A stretch of 64,000 nucleotides of DNA from an uncultured Verrucomicrobiae bacterium (GTDB lineage: Bacteria > Verrucomicrobiota > Verrucomicrobiia > Chthoniobacterales > UBA10450). The stretch is from the NCBI GenBank assembly GCA_963801815.1, contig CAWDGJ010000001.1, positions 224,001 to 288,000 of the forward strand, in the 5' to 3' direction. Shown one piece after another: positions 41,736 to 52,173 of this stretch (position 1 is its first letter; each line of letters begins with the position of its first letter). Both the position numbers and the translations under genes were made by a program. The notes under the pieces are model-generated. The model did not search any database. It was given only the letters and a program-made list of their open reading frames with translations, and was not told the DNA's origin.

Positions 41736-42494
41736 ATGGTCACACTTTCCGAAATTGTCGAATACACGAGCGACTATCTGCGAATTGAAGAGATTGAAGA
41801 CTGGCCGAATGCGCTGAATGGTCTGCAAATTGAAAATTCCGGCAAGGTGCACGAAAATCGGCGCGGCGGTGGATGTTTCGACGCGCGTGCTAGGTGAAGC
41901 CGCGAAGAAGAATATCGATCTTCTGATTGTGCATCACGGTTTGTTCTGGCCGGGATTGCAGAGCGTGACCGGCGCGTTGCGCCGCCAATTGAAGATCGCA
42001 TTCGAGAACGACATCGCGCTTTACAGCGCGCACCTGCCGCTCGATATGCATTCGAAAGTCGGCAACAACGCACAGCTCGCGGCCGCGCTTGGATTGAAAT
42101 CGACCAAGCGGTTCTTGAAAGAGAAAGGACAATCGGTCGGACTGAAGGCCAAGACGTCAACTCCGCGCAGTGTGTTGATCCGGAAACTGAAGACGGTCCT
42201 CGGCGGTCCAGTTAAGACGTTTAATTTCGGTCCCAAGCCAATCGCGGCGAGTCGGAATCGTTACGGGCGCGGCCGGCTCGGAGATTTATCGCGTCGCCGA
42301 AGCGAAGATCGACACGTTCATTACCGGCGAAGCGCCGCATTGGGCGGCGGTTGCTGCGGAAGAGCTCGGGAATGAATCTGATTCTCGGCGGTCATTACGC
42401 GACCGAGACCTTCGGCGTCAAAGCGCTCGCCGCGCACTTATCGATTAAATTTCAGCTGCCGTTCGAATTTATCGATTGTCCAACCGGATTGTAA
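41736..42494 (+). CDS. Nif3-like dinuclear metal protein (frameshifted)
   Basis: D.PNALNGLQ, IVHHG, HLPLD.H..VGNN, FITGE and GGHYATETFG spread over several frames. Confidence 0.85.
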
Positions 42495-42512
42495 CGGTTC
42501 ATCATCGTCGTT

Positions 42513-44809
42513 GTGATCGACGACCCCCTGGCCCTCGGAATTCTCGCGTTAGCCGCGCTGGTAGTGGCAATCGTAGCCTTGGCGAAGCTCACCCAGCTTA
42601 ATGCGAGCATCGAAGAGTTGAAGCGCCGGTTAGGCAAGCTCGAGGGCGGCGGGGAAGCTCCGATTCAAAAATCGGCACCGCAGAGAGCTGCGGTTCCTCC
42701 TCCGCTGCCGGCGTATGCGACGCAACCAAAAGTCACGACACCAGCTCCCCTCTACCGCTGACTGCTCCGGCGAAGCCGCTTCCGACATTCAATTGGGAGT
42801 CCATTCTCGGCGTAAAGCTTTTCGCCTGGATCGGCGGCTTCGCGTTTTTCCTCGGCGTTGTCTTTTTCGTCAAATACGCGTTCGAAAACAATTGGATCAC
42901 GCCGGCGATGCGAATTGTCGCGGGCGCGATCGTTGGCATCGCGCTGGTAATCGTTGCTTTGTTGCAGCGCGTTCGACGTTATCGAATTCCGGCGCAAAGT
43001 CTGTGCGCGACCGGCGTGTTGATTCTGTATGCCGACACTTACGCCGCGCATGCGTTCTACAATTTGATTCCGCTGACCGCGACGATGGCAGCTGATGTGG
43101 ATCGTCACCGCCGTCGCGCTGTTTCTCGCGCACTATCTCGCCGCTCAAGGCATCGCCTGGCTTGCGAATCATTGGAGGTTTTGCGACTCCGTATCTTGTT
43201 TCGAAGATTCATACAACAATTCTTGGTTTGTTTTGCCTACATCGACGGTGCTCGACTGCGCGATCGCTGCCGTGGCTGCGCTCAAGCGTTGGACGTTATC
43301 TTATTCTGATCGCAGCGATCGGTTCCGATAGCGTCGGATGGTTGGTCAGGCCACGATTGGTCGAGCGAATGTTACATCGACAGCTGGCGTGGCCCGGCGG
43401 CCCACCTTACGAGCGTCAATTGTTGTTCCTAGTTGGTCCATGCAGTTCGGCATCAAGCTTTATTTCTGTTAATCTCGTTTCGCTCAGATCTGCCAAATTG
43501 AATGATGCCTGGACGATCGCGGCGGTTGCAGTCACTGGCGCACCGCAATGTGGCTCTCCAATGCGGGTTCGAGCTTTCCGATTGGACTGCTCAACATTGG
43601 TTTTGGGGGATTCTCAAGCTCCCCGTCGCTATCGCGACTTGCTCGTCGGTTGCGGCCGTTCAACGCGGCGATGATCGAAGTCAAAGGCAGTTTGCATAGT
43701 TGTCGGAGTAACACTTGTCTTGGCGTGCATAGTTGAATGGACGGTATGCAGTTCAATATTTGGTGAGTTCGACGTTAAGTTTCCCTGCGGTGCGGCCTGT
43801 TTGGTACATCGGCATTTTTCTTCTCTTTGACTCAACGCCGTATGTTTACAGCACACGACGCTTGTGGCCTTGGGTGATCGCAGCTATCGCGGCACCGTTG
43901 CAGTTTTGCTTTGTCCACTGGTGGCTGACTGATGGTACCGGCGCTGCAATGGCGTCTTTGGCATTTGGTGCGAGGGTTGTATTCCTCACGCGTGGCTGTG
44001 GCTGCCGACGCTTGCGTTCGCTCTGCCCGCCGCGATTGGCGTTTGGTACCTGGTCAAAAAAGAGAACGTCGATCTCGCCTCGGGCGATTCGCGACTGGCG
44101 ACACAAGGCGCGGCTGTGTTGGCGTTCGTCAGTCTTGTTTTCCCGGTCCAGTTTCATCGCGAATGGATCACGCTCGGTTGGGCGATCGAAGGTTCCCTAT
44201 TAATTTTACTTTTCCGCTGGATCCCAAACCGACGCTTGCGCGCTGGCGCGTTAATCATTCTCGCGGGAGCATTCGTGCGCTTGGCGCTAAATCCGGCGGT
44301 GTTGAGTTATCACCCGCGAACTCCACGTTCCGATCTGGAATTGGTATCTATACGCCTACGGCATCACCGCGATTTGCTTTTTCATCAGCGCGCAATGGTT
44401 TGGTGCGCCCAAAGAAAAATCTTATGAAAAGTTCGCCACGCCGCTGCTCTATTCGCTGGCGGGAATTGTTCTGTTTCTGCTGATGAACATCGAGATCGCC
44501 GATTACTTCTCAATCGGTCCGACGCTAACATTTTCTTTTTCCGGAAACTTTGCCCGCGACATGGCTTACACCATCGCGTGGTCGCTGTTCGCATTTTGTC
44601 TGCTCGTCCTTGGGATCGCGCGAAACGTTCGCGCGATTCGTCTCGTTGCGATCGGATTACTGCTAGTGACGTTTGCGAAGCTGTTTTTGCACGATCTCGA
44701 CACTTTGAAACAGCTTTATCGAATCGGCGCGTTCATTGCCGTCGCTATCGTAGCGATCGTAGCGTCTTTCGTTTACCAGCGTTTCTTGTTGCCCCAGACC
44801 AAGACGTGA
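42513..44809 (+). CDS. DUF2339-type large membrane protein, heavily fragmented
   Basis: NWESILGVKLFAWIGG, FFVKYAFENNWI, WITLGWA.EG and KLFLHDL...YRIGAF fragments in shifting frames. The middle part is barely readable. Confidence 0.75.
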
Positions 44810-44863
44810 GAGTGCCGCATTTTTTGCTTTCGTTAATTCGCGGACGTTGTTCTTTGTTCGCCG

Positions 44864-46495
44864 ATGGCTGAGGCGAAACCGCAGCGAGTAAGCACCCGAG
44901 CGACCGGGGTGGTCGGCATCGCTGTCCTTTGCTCGCGCGTTCTTGGATTGATTCGCGAACAGGTGTTCGCCGGACTTTTCGGCGCCGGCAAGAACCTCGA
45001 CGCGTTCCTGATCGCGTTTCGGGTTCCGAACCTGCTGCGCGACTTGTTTGCCGAAGGCGCGCTCTCGACGGCGTTCATCACAACGTTCTCCAGGAAAATT
45101 GCGACCGAGGGAGATGAGTCGGCCTGGCGCCTCGGGAACAAAGTCGCAACGCTCACCGCGGTTTTCATGAGCGTGGTCACGCTGCTCGGGATCATCTTTG
45201 CGCCCCAAATTATTTATGTGATGACCGGTTTCGGCGGCTGGTCGCCCGACAAAACGGCGACCACGATCTTGCTCACGCGGATCATGTGGCCGTTCATCCT
45301 GCTCGTTTCGCTGGCCGCACTGGTGATGGGAATGCTCAACGCCAAGAATGTCTTCGGCGCGCCGGCGATGGCATCGAGTTATTTCAACCTCGGCTCAATC
45401 ATTGGTGGCGTTGCGTTCGGTTACTGGCTCGATCCACATTTCGGCACGCGTTCGCTGATCGGATTGTCGATTGGAACTTTGATCGGCGGGTTATGGCAAT
45501 TGACCGCGCAATTTCCGCCGCTGCGCCGCGTGGGTTACAAGTACCATCCTGATTTCCATTGGCGCGACCCCGGCGTGCGGACGGTGCTCACGTTGATGGC
45601 CCCGGCGGTGATCGCGGCCAGCGCGGTGCAGGTCAACGTTCTGGTTAACAGCGCTTTTGCTGCGCGGGTGACGGACGCTGCCGGTCACGTGATCGACGGT
45701 CCGGTGAGCTGGTTGAACATTGCATTTCGTTTGATGCAATTGCCGCTCGGAATTTTTGGAGTTGCGGTAGGAACGGTAACGCTGCCGCTCGTTTCGCGAA
45801 CGGCCGCCTTGGGCGACATGGCTGGGTTTCGATCCGCATTAGCGCACGCAATTCGACTGGTGATGTTGCTGACAATTCCGGCCGCGGTCGGATTGATTAT
45901 TCTCGCGGAACCAATCATCAGCGTGATCTACCAGCACGGAAGATTTACGGCGGAATCGACGCGGCAGACGGCCGCGGCGTTGCAGTTTTATGCGATCGGT
46001 CTTGCTGCGTATTCGGCGGTGAAAGTCTTGGCCCCTGCGTTTTACGCCCTCGACAGGCGGTATCTGCCAATGATGGTCAGCATTTTGTCGATCATCATCA
46101 ATTTCGTTTTGAACTGGTTTTTTATGTTCAAGCTTGGCCTAGGTCATCGCGGCCTGGCGCTTGCGGTCAGCATCGTCGCCATCATCAACTTCGTGCTTCT
46201 ATATATAATGATGCAAAAACACGCCGGGCCGATGGAAACCGGGGCGCTTTTTGAGTTACTCGCCAAGCTGGTGGTCCCGCTCGCGCTTCTCGCGGGAGTT
46301 TGCTGGCTGTCGCTTCAGACAATGTTTTATCCGGGCGCCCACTTGCCGGGATGGCAAATGGTTTTTGGCGTTCTGTTGGTGATCGGCGTCGCGGCAACGA
46401 TGTTCTTCGGAAGCGCGTTCCTGTTTCGCGTCGATGAAGTGCGCGACGTGGTCGATCTGGTTCGTCGCAAACTTGGTAGGGGCGGTTCACGGTAA
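44864..46495 (+). CDS. murJ: Lipid II flippase MurJ
   Basis: SRVLGLIRE, AFRVPNLLRDLFAEGALS, RLMQLPLG. Confidence 0.95.
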   Translation: MAEAKPQRVSTRATGVVGIAVLCSRVLGLIREQVFAGLFGAGKNLDAFLIAFRVPNLLRDLFAEGALSTAFITTFSRKIATEGDESAWRLGNKVATLTAVFMSVVTLLGIIFAPQIIYVMTGFGGWSPDKTATTILLTRIMWPFILLVSLAALVMGMLNAKNVFGAPAMASSYFNLGSIIGGVAFGYWLDPHFGTRSLIGLSIGTLIGGLWQLTAQFPPLRRVGYKYHPDFHWRDPGVRTVLTLMAPAVIAASAVQVNVLVNSAFAARVTDAAGHVIDGPVSWLNIAFRLMQLPLGIFGVAVGTVTLPLVSRTAALGDMAGFRSALAHAIRLVMLLTIPAAVGLIILAEPIISVIYQHGRFTAESTRQTAAALQFYAIGLAAYSAVKVLAPAFYALDRRYLPMMVSILSIIINFVLNWFFMFKLGLGHRGLALAVSIVAIINFVLLYIMMQKHAGPMETGALFELLAKLVVPLALLAGVCWLSLQTMFYPGAHLPGWQMVFGVLLVIGVAATMFFGSAFLFRVDEVRDVVDLVRRKLGRGGSR

Positions 46496-46528
46496 CCGCC
46501 CGCGGGCGATTAAGGCAATCGCCCCTAC
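46476..46528. repeat. GTAG-type REP doublet overlapping the murJ stop
   Basis: GTAGGGGCGGTTCACGGTAACCGCCC..GGGCGATTAAGGCAATCGCCCCTAC. Related copy at 57569-57637. Confidence 0.75.
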
Positions 46529-47640
46529 CTTAGTGCTTGATCGAGGTCGTCGATCAGGTCGTCGGCGTTCTCGAGACCGATCGATAAACGAAGCAAACCT
46601 TCCGGAGACTTCGTTCCCGGGCCTTCGATCGATGCGCGATGTTCGATCAAACTCTCGATTCCACCCAAGCTGGTCGCACGCGTAAAGATTTTCGTCTTTG
46701 TGCTGACTTTCATCGCCGCATCGCGGCCGCCTTTCACTTCGAACGAGAGCATCCCGCCGAACATCGACATCTGCTTCTTCGCGATCTCGTGTCCGGGATG
46801 CTTGGCTAATCCCGGATAGTGCACTCGCTCGACGTTGCGATGTTGCGACAAAAACTGCGCAACTTTCGCTGCGTTTTCCGAGTGCGCCCTCATCCGCCAC
46901 GGCAATGTGCGCATGCCGCGCAAGACCAGCCAGCAATCGAAGGGTGAGGGGACTGCGCCGCCTTCGTATTGAATGCCGCGGATGCGTTGAAACAAATCGT
47001 TGTCGGTTCTTGTGACGACAATTCCGCCGAGGACGTCGCAATGTCCGCCAAAGTATTTCGTCGTTGAATGCATGACGAAATCAGAGCCGAGATCGAACGG
47101 TCGCTGCAATGTCGGCGCCCAGGTGTTATCGCAAACGCAAAGCGCGCCCGCGTCGTGCACGACTTTTGCAATCGCAGCAAGATCAACAATTTTCAGGAGC
47201 GGATTGGAAGGTGTCTCCATCCAGGCGAGCTTCGTTTTCGGGCGAAGCGCTTTTTTCACGGCAGTGAGGTCGCTCATGTCGACGAAGTCCGCCTCCAACC
47301 CCCAGCGCAAAAAGATTTCGCGGAGTAATCGCGTTGTCCCGTAGTAAGCATCGATATGTGCAACCACGTGATCGCCTGGGTTGAGCGCCTGAAAAATCGC
47401 AGCGCTCGTTCCACTGCCTGATGCGAACGCGGCCGCGGCGACTCCGCCCTCGAGTGCGCTGACTCCTTCCTCGAGCGCTTGCCGGTTCGGGTTGTTGTTC
47501 CGCGTGTACATGAATCCGCGGGAGTAGGCGCCGTCAACGTCGCGCTCGAACGTTGTGGAAAGATTAATCGGCGGCGAGACAGCGCCGGTTGCGGAGTCGA
47601 TGCGGTTACCGGCATGCACGGCGAGGGTTTCGATTTTCAT
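46525..47640 (-). CDS. Cystathionine gamma-synthase/lyase family PLP enzyme
   Basis: YTRNNNP, ETPSNP, DNT, HSTTKYFGGH, SLGGIESL, RLSIGLE. Confidence 0.93.
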   Translation of the reverse strand: MKIETLAVHAGNRIDSATGAVSPPINLSTTFERDVDGAYSRGFMYTRNNNPNRQALEEGVSALEGGVAAAAFASGSGTSAAIFQALNPGDHVVAHIDAYYGTTRLLREIFLRWGLEADFVDMSDLTAVKKALRPKTKLAWMETPSNPLLKIVDLAAIAKVVHDAGALCVCDNTWAPTLQRPFDLGSDFVMHSTTKYFGGHCDVLGGIVVTRTDNDLFQRIRGIQYEGGAVPSPFDCWLVLRGMRTLPWRMRAHSENAAKVAQFLSQHRNVERVHYPGLAKHPGHEIAKKQMSMFGGMLSFEVKGGRDAAMKVSTKTKIFTRATSLGGIESLIEHRASIEGPGTKSPEGLLRLSIGLENADDLIDDLDQALR

Positions 47641-47814
47641 GTCGCCGAAGACGTTACGAATTCGCGGATGATTGTCGATGCTGTTGCCCAAGCGAGTTTT
47701 CCGGTAAGGGAACAAACGACCTCCCGCGGCGGAGTTTCGGAGTTGACGGAGCGGATTTTCGAGGCAAATAGCATCTGCGTTTTTCCGCGGATGCTCTAAC
47801 GTTCGCTTTGGCTC

Positions 47815-49077
47815 ATGACGATTTACGACGACGAAGTTTTTAAGATGGCGTGCGACCAGTTTCAGGTCATCGCCGATTATCTAAGCATCGACAAAAACGA
47901 TCGAGACCGCTTGATGTATCCGAAGCGCGCGGTGGCGGTCACGTTGCCGGTGCACATGGACGACGGCAGCACAAAAACATTTCAAGGCTACCGCGTTCAA
48001 CATCATCTCACGCTTGGACCAACCAAGGGCGGGACTCGGTTCGCGCCCTCACTCTCGATGGGTGAGACGGCTGCGCTCGCCATGTGGATGAGTTGGAAAT
48101 GCGCACTGGCCAACCTGCCGTACGGCGGAGCCAAGGGCGGTGTGACTTGTGACGTGACCAAATTATCGCGGACTGAGCTCGAAGCGGTGTCGCGGCGTTA
48201 CATGCAGGAAATGATTCCGTTCGTGGGTCCGCAGACCGACGTGATGGGCCCGGACATGGGAACAAACGAACAGGTCATGGCGTGGTTCATGGATACCTAT
48301 TCCGTTTATCATGGCTACGCGGTTAATGAGATCGTGACCGGAAAACCGGTTTCAATCGGCGGAACGGAAGGCCGCCGTGAATCTACAGGGCGCGGCGTTG
48401 TTTATCTGATCGAGCGCGCCATAAACATGTTGAAAATGGACGCTGAGAAATGCACCGCCATCGTGCAGGGATTTGGCAACGTCGGCTCGGTCGCAGCTCT
48501 GTCCTTGGCTTACAAGAGCGGCGTAAAAGTTGTCGGCATCAGCGACGCCTACGCGGCGATTTACAACCCAAAAGGAATCGACGTAGAGGCCGCGGAACAA
48601 CACGTCCTTAAAAAAGGAAACCTCCGCGCGTTCCACGAGGCTGATCATGTGGATCCAAGAGAGCTTCTTACCATGCCATGCGACATTCTCGCTCCGTGCG
48701 CGGTTGACCGCGTCGTCAACGGCGGAAACGCGGGCAAACTGAAATGCCGGATCCTGGCCGAAGGCGCGAATGGCCCGACGACGCCGGAAGCTGACCTGAT
48801 TTTAGAAAAACGCTGGGACGAAGTGTTCGTGATCCCGGATATTTTGTGCAACGCCGGTGGCGTCATCGTTTCCTATTTTGAATGGGTTCAGGGCAAGCAA
48901 GCGTTCATGTGGTCGGAGACAGAGGTCACAGACAAGTTGTTCCGAATCCTGGAGCACTCCTTCACCCAGGTGATCAAGCGCGCCAAGGCGCACAAGATTT
49001 CGCATCGCACCGCCGCCATGGCCATCGGCGTCGAACGGGTAATGAGGGCCAAGAAAATCCGCGGTCTATTCCCATAA
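47815..49077 (+). CDS. gdhA: Glutamate dehydrogenase (Glu/Leu/Phe/Val family)
   Basis: GPTKGG.R, GGAKGG, GFGNVG, EGANGP, NAGGV..SYFEWVQ. Confidence 0.92.
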   Translation: MTIYDDEVFKMACDQFQVIADYLSIDKNDRDRLMYPKRAVAVTLPVHMDDGSTKTFQGYRVQHHLTLGPTKGGTRFAPSLSMGETAALAMWMSWKCALANLPYGGAKGGVTCDVTKLSRTELEAVSRRYMQEMIPFVGPQTDVMGPDMGTNEQVMAWFMDTYSVYHGYAVNEIVTGKPVSIGGTEGRRESTGRGVVYLIERAINMLKMDAEKCTAIVQGFGNVGSVAALSLAYKSGVKVVGISDAYAAIYNPKGIDVEAAEQHVLKKGNLRAFHEADHVDPRELLTMPCDILAPCAVDRVVNGGNAGKLKCRILAEGANGPTTPEADLILEKRWDEVFVIPDILCNAGGVIVSYFEWVQGKQAFMWSETEVTDKLFRILEHSFTQVIKRAKAHKISHRTAAMAIGVERVMRAKKIRGLFP

Positions 49078-49104
49078 CGGCGCGGACTCAGATAGAGAAA
49101 GTAC

Positions 49105-49142
49105 AAAAAGAAGCCGCGCCGCGGAATTAACCGGGGCGCGGC
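49105..49142 (-). terminator. Intrinsic terminator after the peptide genes
   Basis: GC-rich hairpin GCCGCGCC..GGCGCGGC followed on the minus strand by TTCTTTTT. Confidence 0.7.
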
Positions 49143-49160
49143 GCGACTGCCGAGCAGATC

Positions 49161-49301
49161 TTAGTTCTGATTCGGCTTTCCGATGCCTTGCGGCGCGGGG
49201 TGGCCGATGCCTTGCGGCGCGGGCTTTCCGATGCCGCCAGCTTTGGGATTTTTCCTCGGCTTCATATCACGAACGTTGATTTTCTTTTTGGCTTTTTTCA
49301 T
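49161..49301 (-). CDS. 46-aa leader peptide with repeated core (not in ORF track)
   Basis: Manual translation MKKAKKKINVRDMKPRKNPKAG-GIGKPAPQ-GIGHPAPQ-GIGKPNQN. Confidence 0.8.
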   Translation of the reverse strand: MKKAKKKINVRDMKPRKNPKAGGIGKPAPQGIGHPAPQGIGKPNQN

Positions 49302-49383
49302 TGGGTTGGGTTCCTAGTTGGGTTTAATTTTTCCTACGTGGGACCGCGCCGCGGAATGGAACCTCCGGCGCGGCTGTCACACA

Positions 49384-49575
49384 TTAATGGGTGCTTGGAC
49401 CCGTGCCACTCACCGATGCTCCTCCGCCCAATGGGGCTGGGCCTTTGCCGCTTAGGGAGGTGCCATGGCCGGAGACGGCAGCACCGCCGCCGGAGACAGC
49501 CACGCCGCCGCCTTTAGCGTCTTTCTTCGGGTTGAGGTCACGAACTTTGATGTTTTTCTTGGTTTTCTTCGACAT
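49384..49575 (-). CDS. 63-aa double-glycine leader peptide with Gly/Ser-rich heptad repeats
   Basis: MSKKTKKNIKVRDLNPKKDAK-GGGVAVS-GGGAAVS-GHGTSLS-GKGPAPL-GGGASVS-GTGPSTH. Confidence 0.85.
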   Translation of the reverse strand: MSKKTKKNIKVRDLNPKKDAKGGGVAVSGGGAAVSGHGTSLSGKGPAPLGGGASVSGTGPSTH

Positions 49576-49576
49576 A

Positions 49577-49778
49577 TCAGTTTTCTTGTTTTGGGTTGTT
49601 TATTGTTTTTGTGTTTTTGTACTGCGTCAGTGACGCCGAACAAAAATTGACGACCGCCGGTGACGTTCTGTTTTGGGATCAGATCATCGAGGCGGATCAA
49701 TCTTTCCTTTTTGCGTTTGGAGCTGGAATTTTTTGGATTCCCGCTCGTCGCATATTTTTTGTTTTTCGGTGCACTCAC
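49577..49778 (-). CDS. Third leader-containing small peptide (boundaries uncertain)
   Basis: KKERLIRLDDLIPKQNVTGG-RQFLFG within ORF 49452-49862. As sequenced it reads through to 49452, but one indel in the A-rich tail would stop it at 49577. Confidence 0.55.
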
Positions 49779-49793
49779 TTCGAGTCCGCTATT

Positions 49794-49809
49794 ACCACCA
49801 TTCGTGCCA
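49794..49809 (-). promoter_or_regulatory. Candidate sigma-54 promoter for the peptide genes
   Basis: TGGCACG-AATG-GTGGT: perfect -24 box, non-canonical -12 box (GG instead of GC). Lies directly downstream of a sigma-54 activator gene. Confidence 0.4.
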
Positions 49810-49936
49810 ACACCAATTAACGGTGGAGATGGCAAGGGCCATTGGCCCTCAGGTCCAGTCACTTACGTATTGCAGATTTGTTAATCGCGTAAAATCAGCT
49901 GCCATTAGGATGGCATCGTCTTTAGGCCAGCTGTGC

Positions 49937-50971
49937 CTAACGTTGAGGCCGGTGGGTGTTTTGATTCTGCGCCGCGCTTCGAAGATGGCGTGCCAGGGTA
50001 GCCCTGGATATTCTAAGTAACTTCGCAGTGCGTCGCTGGTTGCGATTGGCTTGTTCGTAAACAAAATGGACGTGACGCCTGACGGCGCCGGCCAGAGTGA
50101 GATCCATGTCGCCGTGATGTTCGTTCGCATTATTTGCCAACGACGGCGACCCGTGATGTTGCGCTTCGTGATTCGTCGCCTCGAGATCGGGCGGAAAAAT
50201 GACGTGTTGCGGAAGGATTACATGACCGTCGCAAAATAAAGTCATGGTGCGAACGGTGTGATTGAGTTCGCGCAGATTGCCGCGCCATTGGTGATGGACG
50301 AGCTTTTCCATCGCTTCGGGGTGGATTGCGGTGATGCTTTTGTTTTCTTTGGCAGCCGCAATCTTCAGTTCGGCGGCGATCAAGGCCGGAAGCTCCTCGA
50401 GGCGCTCTCGCAGTGGGGGGATCAGCAAAGTCAGGCCGTTGAGGCGCTGATAAAGATCCTCCCGGAATTTGCCCTGCCGGACTCGTTCTTGCAGCGAGCA
50501 ATTCGACGCGCAGAGAATTCTAGCGTTGGACTTGAGCATTCGTTCCGATCCCAATCGTTCGAACTCTCCATATTCGAGCACCCGCAAAATCTTTACCTGG
50601 GCCAGCGGACTCATTTCCGAAATCTCGTCGAGAAAAATGGTGCCACCGTCGGAAAGCTCGAATTTTCCTTTAACGCTCTGCTGTGCGCCCGTGAATGCGC
50701 CTTTTTCGTGACCAAAAAGCTGGCTCTCGAGCAGGGTGTCGCTCATGGCGGACGCATTGAAGGAAACGAAGCTTCCTTGAGCGCGCACAGAGGAATTGTG
50801 GATCGCGTGCGCCAGCAACGTTTTGCCGGTGCCAGTCTCACCCAAGAGAACGACTGGAACGTCGGATTTCGAGGCCAGAAAAGCCAGCCGCAGACAGCGG
50901 GCCATTGCCGCGTTGCTCGTCGTTAGGTCCTCAACTCTCAGCTGCGAAAGCATTTCGTGCATCTTCATCAC
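49937..50971 (-). CDS. Sigma-54-dependent transcriptional activator without a sensory domain
   Basis: GETGTGKT, ESQLFGHEKGAFTGA, FLDEI, FREDL, W.GNLREL and C-terminal HTH. The AAA+ domain starts within ~15 aa of the N-terminus. Confidence 0.93.
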   Translation of the reverse strand: MMKMHEMLSQLRVEDLTTSNAAMARCLRLAFLASKSDVPVVLLGETGTGKTLLAHAIHNSSVRAQGSFVSFNASAMSDTLLESQLFGHEKGAFTGAQQSVKGKFELSDGGTIFLDEISEMSPLAQVKILRVLEYGEFERLGSERMLKSNARILCASNCSLQERVRQGKFREDLYQRLNGLTLLIPPLRERLEELPALIAAELKIAAAKENKSITAIHPEAMEKLVHHQWRGNLRELNHTVRTMTLFCDGHVILPQHVIFPPDLEATNHEAQHHGSPSLANNANEHHGDMDLTLAGAVRRHVHFVYEQANRNQRRTAKLLRISRATLARHLRSAAQNQNTHRPQR

Positions 50972-50972
50972 G

Positions 50973-52160
50973 TCATTGCTTCAGATTCTCATTGAGTTGC
51001 CGAACCGGCTCGAAGGCGTATTCGATCATCGTCCGGCTTCCGACGATAATATGAGCTTCGCCTTTCATGCCGACTCGCAGCGGCAGCGATTGGCCGTGCC
51101 CGGTGGGCATGGCGGTCTTTTCGAGCGACCCCAAGCCCACGAATCGAGGTCCGTCGCTTGAAGTAACGACCGACGGACTGATCCAATCGAGTTTTCCACT
51201 CACCGCGCCGTAACGCTGATAGGGGAACGCTTCAAAGAAATACCGGACCCGTTGCGCAACCGCGAGTTTGGGAAAACCGGATTCGCCTAAAAGCAGTCGC
51301 GCCCGCAACTTTGTGTTTTGTTCGGCGAGCTGGCAAAGCATCTGCCCTTGTTGAATCACGCTGCCGACGCTTCGCTGGTCGAGCGAAATGACCACCCCAT
51401 CATAAGGGCTCCGCACCGTGAGCAAGTTTTGTTGGGTATTTTCCAAGTCGCTCTTCAGGGCAGCGACACGCATCTTTAGTTTTTGAATTTCCGACACCAG
51501 TTCGCTTCGCGACTTGGCGTGCTCGCTCTCCATTCGCTCGCGATCGAGATCAGTTTGCTGCAAGGTTCGTTGAGCAACGCTAAAATCCTTTTCCGATCCG
51601 GCCAGATCGAGCCGCGTCTTGATCAGATCGACCTCCGAGATCCCGCCTTCCTTGGACAACCTCTCCATGCGCGCAACCAGGTCGCGACTCGTCTTAGCGT
51701 GGTTTTCCCGAAAACTTACTTCGCTCTTGGCTTGGTCGATCTCAGCCAGTTTGATGTTGAGCTGGGCTTTGTAGGCGATGTCGCTTCGGAGCAGGCCTTC
51801 TTCCTTGGTCCGCAAATCCTCGCTCAGTGTTTGCAGTTCCGTATCCAGCGCGTGCATTTCATCGGAGCGAAGCACAAAGAGCTCGGAACCTTTGGTCACC
51901 GCCTGGCCTTCAGTTACAGAAATCCGAGTAATGACGCCCTGATGCGGCGCTTGGATTGGATCTTCGCCCGTCGCGGGAACCAAAACAAATGGACAGTGCA
52001 CCGTCTCGGGCAGTCGCATCACGATGGCAAGTAACAGCGCACTGAGAAATGCGCCGATCAAAACCCACGCGGTCCGCCGAATTATCCATGGCGGCGGATC
52101 CTGCGGCAGCATCTCGGATTCGAGTTCGATTGAACCGCGCTTTGGTGCATTCACACTCAT
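50973..52160 (-). CDS. HlyD-family membrane fusion protein
   Basis: Single TM, V.EGQ.V.KG, coiled coil, VRSPYDG, AFPYQRYG, LRVGM. Confidence 0.92.
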   Translation of the reverse strand: MSVNAPKRGSIELESEMLPQDPPPWIIRRTAWVLIGAFLSALLLAIVMRLPETVHCPFVLVPATGEDPIQAPHQGVITRISVTEGQAVTKGSELFVLRSDEMHALDTELQTLSEDLRTKEEGLLRSDIAYKAQLNIKLAEIDQAKSEVSFRENHAKTSRDLVARMERLSKEGGISEVDLIKTRLDLAGSEKDFSVAQRTLQQTDLDRERMESEHAKSRSELVSEIQKLKMRVAALKSDLENTQQNLLTVRSPYDGVVISLDQRSVGSVIQQGQMLCQLAEQNTKLRARLLLGESGFPKLAVAQRVRYFFEAFPYQRYGAVSGKLDWISPSVVTSSDGPRFVGLGSLEKTAMPTGHGQSLPLRVGMKGEAHIIVGSRTMIEYAFEPVRQLNENLKQ

Positions 52161-52173
52161 GGTCGTCGTTTCA

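Noticed and set aside
43100..44350. Scrambled middle of the DUF2339 gene as an insertion or diversified region
   Set aside because: Hydrophobic coding fragments continue through it in shifting frames, with no terminal repeats or transposase. Best explained by low-quality consensus or decay.
49161..49240. 24-bp tandem repeat as a CRISPR-like array
   Set aside because: No spacers, period divisible by three, and it lies in a peptide ORF. No cas genes are in the window.
49452..49862. 136-aa ORF as a single real protein
   Set aside because: It overlaps the 63-aa peptide out of frame and spans the candidate promoter. Only the central leader-bearing part looks coding.
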